Of a DNA stretch of 64,000 nt, positions 53,497 to 64,000 are shown piece after piece (positions within the stretch are counted from its first letter, which is position 1; each line of letters opens with the position of its first letter). Made by a program: the position numbers and the translations under genes. The stretch covers positions 49,600,001 to 49,664,000 of the forward strand of contig OZ024743.1 of the NCBI GenBank assembly GCA_964016885.1. Reading direction: 5' to 3'. Under the pieces are notes generated by a model. The model had not been told where the DNA came from. It saw only the letters and a program-made list of their open reading frames with translations, and did not search any database. Source of the stretch: Eledone cirrhosa. Its lineage: Eukaryota.

Positions 53497-53536
<40 letters not shown>

Positions 53537-53538
<2 letters not shown>

Positions 53539-56500
53539 TCTTAGTTAGAAGTAAGGATAGGGACATATTAAGCTGTCCAGAAATGCGCACGGTTGGCTAT
53601 ACGGATCACAAATTAGTGACCTGCGTAGTCAATCTCGAGAAAACACATAAACAGGGTCCCGGTTACTGGAAACTTAATTTGTCTTTACCGGCAAAAGAGA
53701 CTTACAGAAACCGGATTAGCAGATTAGTTAAGGAGAGGTTGACGGGTGCAATCGTCAACAACCGATGGTGGGCATCTCTCAAAAGAGAGATTAGAACAGA
53801 ATCAATAAGTTATAGCAAGATGTTAGCTGCCGATAGGAATAGAAACGAGAAAGAATTGACAGGTAAATTAGAGGCAATCAAGAGCGAAGATGTGGCCAGA
53901 GTGCTGGCATCGAGGACGGCCTTGAACCAGTTTTTCGATGCAAAGCACAAAGACTGCGTCATTCGAAGTAAAATACGTGCTCTAGGTAATGAGGGGGCCA
54001 AAGCCGTTGGCTGGGCCCGCGTGACAGAAGCTAAGAGTGGAAATCGATCCACCATCCGGTCGTTGCAAGACGAGGATGGACGGGTGATCCGGGAGCCTAA
54101 GCAGATGTGCGAGGCCTTTCAAAGGCACTTTGCCCGATTATTCGGGGGAGGCGAGGGTCCGGGCGGGGACGTGGATTTCGGTCCATACCTTGACGGCCTG
54201 CCGCGTCTCTCGAGCGAAGAGGCAGAGTCCTGCGAGGGACCAATCTTGGCTGCTGAGATCGGAGATGCGCTGAGCCAATGCAGCAGATGCAAATCTCCAG
54301 GTCTCGATGGTATACCATACAAACTTTATTTAGCAATGCCGGTCTTCTTCTCCGAACTCCTCAAAGCGGTCTACTGCAATTGGCAGCAGAACGGGAGAAT
54401 TCGTTGTTCTGTAGCCAAGGGCGTAGTCTCGCTGGTGAGGAAGGACGAGAACAAGGGGGATAGTATAAATAATTTTCGGCCCATAACCCTGCTAAACACA
54501 GAGTTAAAGATTCTGGCCAAGGAGTTAGCAAAGAGGTTGGTGCTTGTCGTGGGTAGCCTGGTGGGAGATGCGCAGACATGTGTTATCCCATCCAGGTCCA
54601 TTCACGATAACCTCCACCTCATGCGATACATCATAGAGAGGGTTGGCAACAAACCCGGCTTCGGTGGGGCCCTGATCAACTTGGATCAGTCTAAGGCCTT
54701 CGATAGGGTCAACCATGGTTACCTGGATGCGGTGCTAGCGGCGGCTGGGTTCGGTCCTGTTTTCAGAGGCTGGATCACTGCCTTACATAGCAACCACATC
54801 TGTTCTAGGATCAAGGTGAACGGCTACCTTTCGAAGCCGTTCGAAATCACACGATCCATTCGACAGGGGTGCCCTCTCTCCTCCCTTCTGTACGTATTGA
54901 CTCTCGAGCCTTTACTGAGGAAGTTAGAGTTGTTGCAGGGTATCCCCCTGGAACCAGGATTGAGCAAAGCGGTGTCGGCCTACGCCGATGACGTAACAGT
55001 AATGGTATCGACCGACTCGGAGATCGAGGCGATCGGTACCTTACTGGAGGATTACGAAAGGTTGTCAGGAGCGAAACTGAACCGGGAAAAATCCATCGGG
55101 CTGCAACTCGGAATGTGGAGAGGCAGACCGATGCCTCCCGACGGTGTCGTCGGACACTGGACGGAGAGCCCGGTGAAGTTGCTTGAGGTCTGGTTTGGAC
55201 CGGACCTCCAGGTGGAAAAGAACTGGGACGAGGTTACGAACAAGGTGTTTGCACTAACCCAGAAATGGGCCAAGTGTAAGCTGTCCCTAAAAGGCCGGGC
55301 GGAGGTGGCGAACATTTACATAGCGTCCGTCACTTACTACCGCCTGACTGTCGTGCCTTGCCCTAAGGAAACACTCACCACCATGGAACGCATGCTCTTC
55401 CAATTTCTTTGGAAGAAGCGCCCTCCTATGGTGAGAAGATCCATCTGCTGCCAACAACCTTCGAAAGGAGGGCTGGGGATGCCGTGGTTGATGATGCGTA
55501 GGCACGCATTAAGGCTACGGCACCTACATGTATTCCTCACTGGTCAACCGGTGTGGGCTCCGTTCGTGAAACGAGCCTTTCCGAGACTCGTCTCGCTCAC
55601 CGAGCTGCAGTCCTGGGTCAAGCAAAGATCCGGAAAACTGGGAGACTGGCACACTGAGTGTGCTCAGGCGCTCAGGGCTCTCTGGCAAGCGGGCCAGGCC
55701 ATCGGTGGAGAATCCACCTCATCATTCTATAGAGGGCTGGTGGCTAGCAGGGGCGATGACACCCTTGGAGACTCGCTGGACATGGAAGAGGACGAACTGG
55801 CCAGCCTGTTCGGTAGGACTTTCGGCCCGGGACCAATGGACAACTTCCAGAAGTCACTAGCCTGGCAGTGCTACCGGGGGGCTCTACCCGTTCGAGAGAG
55901 GCTCTACAGACACGGGCGCCCGGGCAGGGATCCCTCGAAAAAGATTTGCCCTAGATGCGTGCGTCACGGAGAAACCGTTGCGCACGCATTGGTGCAATGT
56001 CCGGGCGTGGCTGATCTGTGGGGCTACGCCGAACGACTGCTGTCGCGGGTGGGCCGATTCAATTGACCACCAAGTCCGTGATAACAATCAAACCGCCTCC
56101 CCTCTTCACAAAGGAAGCAAAGGCGGTTTTTCTGTGCGTAATAGCCATGTTGAAAGAGGTTGTTTGGTGGACACGATTGAAAGGTCTGAGGTCAGGCAAC
56201 TTCCTCTCTGGCCATAGTCTGGTCTACTTCTTCCGATATCACTTCGGAAGAAGGATAAGAATGGAGAGAGAGGTGCTTGGCCACAGGCAGTTTAATGAAA
56301 GGTGGGTGATAGTGGCGAGAATGGCTCGTGTAAATGGGCCTTCTCTGTATACCATCCTGTAGGTAAAGAAGTGAAGGAGAGGGGAGCACCTTCTCCATGT
56401 GCTCCCCGGGCAAAGGATTGCACACTCTTTCGGGGGTGTGTGCAACCCCCATCACGTCCCCTCCCTTTTGAGGTTTTCGATTATTTTCATTTTATACCCT

Positions 56501-56576
56501 TTTTACTCGATTGTATGTAAACTCCCCCTTTGTATTTGTCCCTTCTTTTTATGCCTTTATGGTAAATAAAGAAATA
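53537..56576 (+). mobile_element. 5'-truncated Tx1 copy (same family as 17637-23448) inside (TATC)n
   Basis: 827-aa ORF nearly identical to the first copy's ORF2; one frameshift near 56050; same 3' end AATAAAGAAATA followed by TATCTATC. Confidence 0.93.
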
Positions 56577-57169
56577 TATCTATCTATCTATCTATATATA
56601 TATATAATTCTTTGTCTCTCTCTGTCTGTTCCTTATACATTCTTAAACGGATCAACCAAATCAAATCAAATTTTATAAGATAATAGTATTAGACCCCCGG
56701 ATTAACAACATGTAATCTTTACTGTGAGTGTGTGTTTGCGTGTTCGTTAGGTACGTTAGGCCTTAGTAGGTTGCACAGAGAATTAAACACACACACACAT
56801 CTATACATACATATGTGGTGATTGACAAGTATATGTGTGTGAGTATATGTGTGTGTGAGTATACATACATTTCTGTGACGACTGACATAAACACACACAC
56901 ACACACATCTAAACAGAGAGAGACACAGAGGGAGAGGCAGAGAGAGAGAGAGAGAGGCTGTTATACAGAGAGAGATACAATTAAAGTGTGAGATATTTAG
57001 AGAGAGAGAGTGACGTCCCACAAAAGTCTAGAATCGGCTTAAACTATAGATCAAAGTATCAGTTGAATGTTCAACAACATTGCGTTAGCTTTTACAAAGC
57101 GTATATATGTATATGTGTATATATATATATACATATATATACTTGGAACTCTTTTAACAATCTTTTGAT

Positions 57170-57229
<60 letters not shown>

Positions 57230-57249
57230 AGTGTGTATGTGTGCATATT

Positions 57250-57780
57250 TACATTTATGTATCAGCTGTGCTAGGGCGAGAAATAAGATTCTAATTATAT
57301 TTTTAATATTTGGCAAGACCAGCCCTAACTCACTCGGTATTCAAATGAGGCAACTCAGCCGATGGGCACTTAAGAAAATACTATATATTTTCAACTGTTC
57401 AACAGACTGGCAGAGGTATACTGTCCTGATGAAGGGTAATGACCCCAAAACATGTTGATTGTTCCTCAAAGCCAGTGTTGCACAAACAGGTGATGATCGG
57501 TCACTGGCACAGCTTCAAATCGAGCCATTTGTTTACAAACAAATCGAATATTATTCTTAATGTTTGATATAACCCATACGTACATATGTATATGTATATA
57601 TGTGTATGTATATATATGTATATATATATGTGTGTGACATGCCGTGCTTAATAAGACCCGTCCTACCCTTGCAAGCAAGGAAAAACGGACGTAAAATGAT
57701 GATGTGTATACGTGTGCACACTTACATTTATGTATCAGCTGTGCTAGGGCGAAAAATAAAATTCCAATTTTATTTTTTTT
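57250..57780 (+). mobile_element. Second hammerhead-bearing pLTR/retrozyme-like unit with a terminally redundant end, interrupted by (TA)n and a short RTE tail
   Basis: TTACATTTATGTATCAGCTGTGCTAGGGCGA occurs at about 57249 and 57722; core CTGATGA-AGGGTAATGACCCC-AAAAC at 57426; homologous to 28350-28640. Confidence 0.6.
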
Positions 57781-58811
57781 ATAAAGTCGTTTTACACCAG
57801 TTTTTGAAATTATAGAACAGAAAAAATTGATACTATTTGAAATTAATCTATGGTGTATATTAATTTAGTTTTTTGAGTATAGTGTCATGTTATTATTGAC
57901 CTAATTCAAAATATGAGATGGGAAACAGAAAGGTTAAGACAACAAGAAAGATAATCGCAACAGACAGAGGGTCAATATGAAAATCACCAAGAGTCAATGA
58001 CGGTTGCGATGCAAACTTGATGAGCACAAACAAGAATAAACTGACTAAGAGCTGCGTTTTCATACGATCCATCGAAGAATTATAGAAATGATCCTAAAGT
58101 TGCAATTGGTAGCATGGATATTATACTTGGCATGTGTTGCTTAGGAGGAAAGGTCAGACTTCCACCGATAGAGGACCCTCCAGCTTTTATCCATATACTG
58201 CTTACAGACCGTACTAACGAAGCTAAACACTTCAGAAGCAATGTTATGCAGTATATTGCTGTGTTTCAGATGATGTCCCTTGGAGCTGAAAATAAGCATA
58301 CTGACTATGGTCATTTCACAACATTTAAAATCCAAGGCCAATGCTACCATTTAATCAGCAGTTTACTCACCCAACCTAATAAGGAAGTTTTATGATTGTT
58401 TTTTTATGTCTCTCTCTCTCTCTCACACATTACAGTCTCTTTTATCCGTCTTTTCTCTTTTATCCGTCTTCTCTTAACTGTTCTCCTGGGCGAAGCTGGG
58501 TACCATAGCTAGTACTGTATGTACACTCACACACATATGTGTTGTGAGTTTAGACTAAGAAGAAATCCGCTGATAAATATCGCTAGGTGTGTTTTTTGTG
58601 GGAGATACCATTTCTGGGGCAGTCTATTGCAAGATTTGTTAATCATAGATTGTCAAGAATCTCGTGGCAGTTATTTCAAACATGTTATCCATCCTCCACC
58701 TTAACTAAACAAATACATGCACACACACATATATACACATACATATGTATACACATACATATATACACACACATATATACGCATACACATTCTTGGGTTA
58801 CTTTATAGATC

Positions 58812-60520
58812 TCATCATCATCATCATCCTCATTTAATGTCTATCTTCCACGCTAACATGGGTTTAGACAAGAATTGTCCCACGTGAGGCAAGATTGGTT
58901 GTCTTGCTCGTATAGGACTGTCTGGCGGGTTTTCTACGGCTGGATGCCCTTCCTAACACCAACCACGAATACAGTGTGGACTGGGAGGTTTTTACCGTGT
59001 TACCTACACGGCCACATTACAGAGTGGACTGTGTATTTTTTTTTTATCGTGACACCTACACAACCTCATTTATTTAGGACTGGATGTTGTGGCACCAACA
59101 TAACTTTACAGAGAAATGGGTGGTGTAGATAGGGGTGGGGGTAGGGGTAGGGCGATGGGGGTGTATACTGACTGTAGGTTTCGCTTTGTACTTAGGCAAG
59201 GTGGGTTTTCTGTATTACTGCGTAGCGCCAAAGATCTCGGTCCAGTAACATTGTCTTGGAGAGGTGTGTAAGGTCGGAATTTATCAAATTGTAGCTTCCA
59301 TCTATTTTGATCGCCCTGCACTTTTTTATACAGCTGTCGTCTTTCATGCGCATCACGTGACCATACCAACGTAGTCTTCTCTCGAGTAAACAGCATCTGA
59401 TCCCTCTTATTCCTAATTTCTCACTTAGTTCATTTATGTTTGCCGTTCACGTATATTACTATTACACATCCAACGGAGGATGCAAGCTTCGTTCCTCTCC
59501 AGTCTGCGCAGATCCTCTGCACACAATGCCAATGTATCACTGCCATGTAACATTGTTGTTCGTATGCAGGCATCATACAGCCTGCCTTTCATTTTTAGAG
59601 AGAACCCTTTAGCGGCCAATAGTGGTATAAGCTCTCTGAACTTTTTTCATCCCGTTCTGACTCTGGCTACTGTACTTTCAGAGCACCCACTACCACTGCT
59701 GATTTTGTCACCCAGGTAATGGAAGGTATCCACTATTTCTATAGAACCATCTGAGCAATGGAAGGAACTAGTATCCTGTGGGCCCTTGCTACTACTTATT
59801 GCACCTGAGCACCGGCCACATATAAAATCTATGTTCTTAGTTAGTTTACCTGTGATCCCACTACATCTTTTATGCACCCATACTTTGCATTTGGGACATA
59901 AAATGGAGTTTCTGCCTACTCCTTTCCTACACACTGAGCATGGCCATTTCCCAGAGGGGACCAGTGCCCTATTTTCCTTCCTACATACTAGAACTTTAGT
60001 CTTAGACAGGTTAATTTTAAGGCCTTTTGATTCTAAGTTTAAGGCCATGCTTCCAAGTTTGGAATTTCTTCTCTAGTTCAGCCATTGATTCAGCTATGAG
60101 TGTTAGATCATCTGCGTATAGAAGTTCCCATGGGCAGCCGGTCTTGAACTCCTCTGTTATAGCCTGAAGGGCAATAATAAATAGGAACGGGGCTAAGGAC
60201 AGAGCCCTGATGAACACCGACTTTTACGCTAAATTCTTCACTATATTCGTTATTAATTCTAACCTTGCTGACTGTTTCTTTATACATGGCTTGTATAGCT
60301 TTCATGAGCCATTCATCAACACCTAGTTTTCTAAGAGCCCACCAGATAATGGAGCGGGGGACTGTGTCAAAGGCTTTCTCTAAGTAAACAAAAGCTCATG
60401 ATAGGGGTTTACTTTTCGCTAGGTACTTCTCCTACTTGTCGTACAATGAAAAGAGCGTCTGTGGTACTTTTACCTGACACAAACCTAGACTGCATTTCAT
60501 CTAGATCAATTTGCTCTCTC
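58812..60520 (-). mobile_element. 5'-truncated, degenerate RTE LINE (PHD type)
   Basis: ORF pieces 59434-60305 match 36969-38363; tail reads (CAT)n on the + strand. Confidence 0.9.
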
Positions 60521-60808
60521 AATGTATGTAAATACTTGTTTGAAAGCATATATATGCATGTGTATGTATAGAGGTATTTGTGTTTTTATTTATGTATGCA
60601 TATATATAAAATCTTTTCCTGAGTCCAACCATTCTCGTTGCTGTGGTAATGCGGCTGGACTGCTGATCACTATATTTGATTTGGTAAGCTGTCTAAATGT
60701 ATTGTTATTACTCTGGGGTACTATTCCCATTCGTGTGCTAAAGCTACATACCGAATTTGCATTTGTTAGCTTGGCCACAAACTAAAGCTTCGTTAATGCT
60801 GTACTAAA

Positions 60809-60864
<56 letters not shown>

Positions 60865-61154
60865 ATATATTTATATATAGTCTAACCATGAACCTTGAAT
60901 TCACAGGTTGTGAACTTATTAACTATCAATAGCTATTCTGGTATTCTTCTTGAATACCATGTGACTGTTCCTCATCCTTCCTGTCCCCCTCTCCCTTATT
61001 CCACCTCTGCAAGAGATAATATTTTGGTGATAAATCTTTGAATGCTGGTGAAGATAGTGACAAACTGATATGGTTGAGTGCAGAGGCATCTTGTAATAGA
61101 AACTGCTAAAGTAAGCAAATGGAATGTTGTGTTTCTCAGGGATGATAGCTTCTA

Positions 61155-61397
61155 TTTGGGAAACAGTAGCCTCACGTGGTGATACCTTCTCTTTGGGAGA
61201 CAGTAGCCTCACGTGGTGATACCTTCTCTTTGGGAGACAGTAGCCTCACGTGGTGATACCTTCTCTTTGGGAGACAGTAGCCTCACGTGGTGATACCTTC
61301 TCTTTGGGAGACAGTAGCCTCACGTGGTGATACCTTCTCTTTGGGAGACAGTAGCCTCACGTGGTGATACCTTCTCTTTGGGAGACAGTAGCCTCAC
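61155..61397. repeat. 37-bp minisatellite GACAGTAGCCTCACGTGGTGATACCTTCTCTTTGGGA, about 6.5 nearly identical copies
   Basis: Period 37 (61164 to 61201). Confidence 0.95.
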
Positions 61398-61488
61398 ATT
61401 GATATCATCTGCCTACAACTATGCTGCTGCCCCCATAAACAGACATGTCTAAACCATGTAAACATGAAAAATATATGTAAAACGTATG

Positions 61489-61521
<33 letters not shown>

Positions 61522-61523
<2 letters not shown>

Positions 61524-61670
61524 GAAAACAGTCAGGACCCCGACGGCTGAGCCCCGGCCATTTTGACAGCTAGATCTGAACTTCGGATCTAGCTGATTCT
61601 TTCCCTATTGTCCTCCACTCTGCTACCCTAAGTATCGAGTACTGGTTTCTTACCACACTTTCTTTGTTGT

Positions 61671-61672
<2 letters not shown>
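61522..61672 (+). mobile_element. Family X element with an inverted 5' segment, between (TA)n tracts
   Basis: First part is the reverse complement of about 52325-52385; hairpin CAGCTAGATCTGAACTTCGGATCTAGCTG; then the forward 3' part. Confidence 0.65.
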
Positions 61673-61701
<29 letters not shown>

Positions 61702-61702
<1 letters not shown>

Positions 61703-62930
61703 CCAAAGTTCTAGTTTGTAGGAAAGAAAATAAGGCGGCGGTCCCTTCCGGGAAATGGCCATACTCAGTGTGTAGGAAAGGAGTAGGCAGAAACTCCATT
61801 TTATGTCAGAAATGCAAAGTATGAGTGCATAAAAGATGTAGTGGGATCACAGGTAAGCTAACTAAGAACATAGATTTCACATGTGGCCGGTGCTCTGGTG
61901 CAATAAGTAGCAGCAAGTGCCCACAAAATACTAGCTCTTTCAACTGCGCAGAGGGCTCTATAGAAATAGTGGACACCTTCCGTTACCTGGGTGACAAAAT
62001 CAGCAGTGGGGGAGGGTGCTCTGAAAGTACAGTAGCTAGAGTCAGAACTGGATGGAAAAAGTTCAGAGAGCTTATACCACTATTAGCCGCTAAAGGGTTC
62101 TCCCTAAAAATGAAAGGCAGGTTGTACGATGCCTGCATACGAACAGCAATGTTGCATGGCAGTGAGACCTGGGCATTGTGTGCAGAGGATATACGCAGAC
62201 TAGAGAGGAACGAAGCTTGCATGCTCTGCTGGATGTGTAATAGTAATGTACGTGAACGGCAAAGCATAAACGAACTAAGGAAAAAATTAGAAATAAGAGG
62301 GATCAGATGTTGTTTACTCGAGAGAAGGCTACGTTGGTATGGACACGTGATGCACATGAAAGACGATAGCTGTATAGCAAAGTGCAGGGCAATAAAGATC
62401 GACGGTAGCCACGGAATAGGCAGACCCAGAAAAACCTGGGACGAGCTGATAAACTCCGACCTCACACACACCTCTCCAAGACAATGTCACTGGACCGAGA
62501 CCTTTGGCGGTACTCAGTAATAGAGAAGACCCGCCTTACCTAAATACATAGTAAAACCTACTACAGTCAGTAGGCATCTCTAACAAAATACACCCCCGTC
62601 CCACCACCCCCACCCCATCCACACCGCCCGCCCCCTTCTATGTAAAGTTATGTTGGTGCCACACCATCCAGGCCGAAACAAATGAGATCGTGTAGGTGTC
62701 ACGACAAAAAAACACACAGTCCACGCTGTAATGTGGCCGTGTAGGCAACACGGTAAAAACCTCCCAGACCCACACTGTAAATGTGGTTGGTGTTAGGAAG
62801 GGCATCCAACTGTAGAAAACCCGCCAGACAGTCCTATGCGAGCAAGACAATCACTCTTGCCTCAAGTGGGAAAACCCCCGTCCAAACCCATGCAAGCGTG
62901 GAACACGGACGTTAAACGTTGATGATGATA
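61702..62930 (+). mobile_element. 5'-truncated RTE LINE (PHD type) in (TA)n
   Basis: ORF 61825-62520 is homologous to the other copies; RTE 3' UTR and GATGATGAT tail. Confidence 0.9.
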
Positions 62931-63519
62931 TATATATTGATATCATATCATAGAAAGTACAACATTTAAAACAAGAAACAATACAACTTATAATGGTTCA
63001 AAACAATGTTTTTATTGTTTTATGCATTTTAAAGTTTAAAGCCAAACATTAACTCCCCTCTCTCTCTTTCTCTCTATGTGTGTAAATAGGTTGGTGTTAG
63101 TAAGCCATAAAAGACTTGTCAAACAAAAGCTTAGACTACTCTTCAGTTGTATCAAATACATGACAACCTCTCTCATGCCAGTGCCATGTTAAAATACACA
63201 ACACTCTCTGTAGAGTACAGGAATACATGTAAGCGTGATGCAGCCCTAACTCATCTGAGAGATCAGTTGCTCTGATAAGGGACTGACTTGTTCTGCATTG
63301 ACCTATCAGGAAGACAGCAAATTAAGTCATTTTATTCTTCTGAAACTGGATTCTGCAAAAAGAAACAAAAATATGTGAAAAAACAAAACAAACTAGTAAA
63401 AAATGTAACTGAGGGCAGCATCCAACAATAATTCAGCAGTGAGTAACAGCTGCTTCTCTGAAGATACCACGTACTCTCCACATCACTGCCCTACATCTAA
63501 TAAGAAAAAAACCTAGACA

Positions 63520-63710
63520 TAAAGATGGTTCGCACTACCTTTCTCACTTAATGTGAAAACAAATGTAGGCAAAAAGTTCCTAGCCCTCGTCGATCCCCAT
63601 TTCCCTATTGGCTATAAATACCGAAAGATATTTGATTGCCATACAGTAAAAATAGGATACTCTTGCACCATCAATGTTAAATCCTACATTACCAGCAAAC
63701 ACAAAAGCTG
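63520..63710 (+). mobile_element. Penelope-like element fragment (linker preceding GIY-YIG)
   Basis: WFALPFSLNVKTNVGKKFLALVD.HFP...YRKIF..HTVKIGYSC, homologous to 33030-33160. Confidence 0.7.
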
Positions 63711-63796
63711 TACGGAAGTGTGTGACAGCTCACACCTATGAAGGTTTAGCTGGCCTCCTCCAAGGTATATCTGATTGGAGGTGTCTTGGGTGATTT

Positions 63797-63956
63797 AATG
63801 ATAGGGACCCCAGTCCTATCATCTCACATCTACAGCTGAGTAAACTAGAGCAATGTGAAATAAAGTATCTTGCTCAAGGAAACAACACATCACCCGGTCC
63901 GAGAATTGAACTCACAACATTTCGATTGCAATCTCTAACCACTAAGCCATGTGCCT
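63797..63956 (-). mobile_element. SINE family B head and core
   Basis: Near-identical to 39955-40090, plus the A-box reverse complement CCACTAAGCCA. Confidence 0.82.
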
Positions 63957-64000
63957 ACGGCTGCTCATGTAGAAGACCTGAAACATCTCCACTAGACCAA

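Larger units (their letters stand above)
53498..58512 (+). mobile_element. Internally deleted Helitron carrying nested insertions
   Basis: A|TC 5' end with (TATC)n(TA)n leader continuing at 56577. RepHel N-terminal remnant CCLGGKVRLP..HFRSNV.QY..FQM.SLGA..FKIQGQCYH (58114-58395). 3' hairpin-like CCTGGGCGAAGCTGGG and CTAG|T at 58509-58513. Confidence 0.75.

Noticed and set aside
58114-58395. Host gene exon
   Set aside because: Motifs match the Helitron RepHel N-terminus and lie just upstream of a hairpin and CTAG terminus.
48231-64000. Next PKA-RI exon (expected AKT.VKLWGIDRDSYRRILM-like)
   Set aside because: Not found by eye; presumably beyond the window, though a short exon could have been missed.

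Overview
Repeat-dense, AT-rich eukaryotic DNA, most likely a coleoid cephalopod such as an octopus (inferred from the SINE/LINE repertoire; not provable from this window). The only host-gene signal is three short + strand exons (16044-16105, 41175-41221, 48132-48230) of the type I regulatory subunit of cAMP-dependent protein kinase. They encode part of cyclic-nucleotide-binding domain A, so the rest of the window is most likely intron of that gene. The introns hold a 12.9-kb 31/28-bp satellite with nested higher-order duplications, a 5.2-kb 21-bp satellite, many minisatellites, and many transposons: a full-length Tx1-clade LINE with a 20-bp TSD plus an inverted truncated copy, several RTE LINEs (one group with a PHD-type finger inside the RT), a CR1/L2-type fragment, Penelope-like elements with hammerhead-like motifs, a Helitron, and two tRNA-SINE families. 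Best leads: (1) a Tx1 family that appears to insert specifically and directionally into (TATC)n, including the 5' end of a Helitron; (2) recurrent fold-back junctions at the truncated ends of (TA)n-inserting retroelements, some duplicating host DNA; (3) a small hammerhead-bearing retrozyme/pLTR-like unit; (4) long inverted retroelement pairs bracketing PKA exons. All calls come from reading the sequence; no database search was run.
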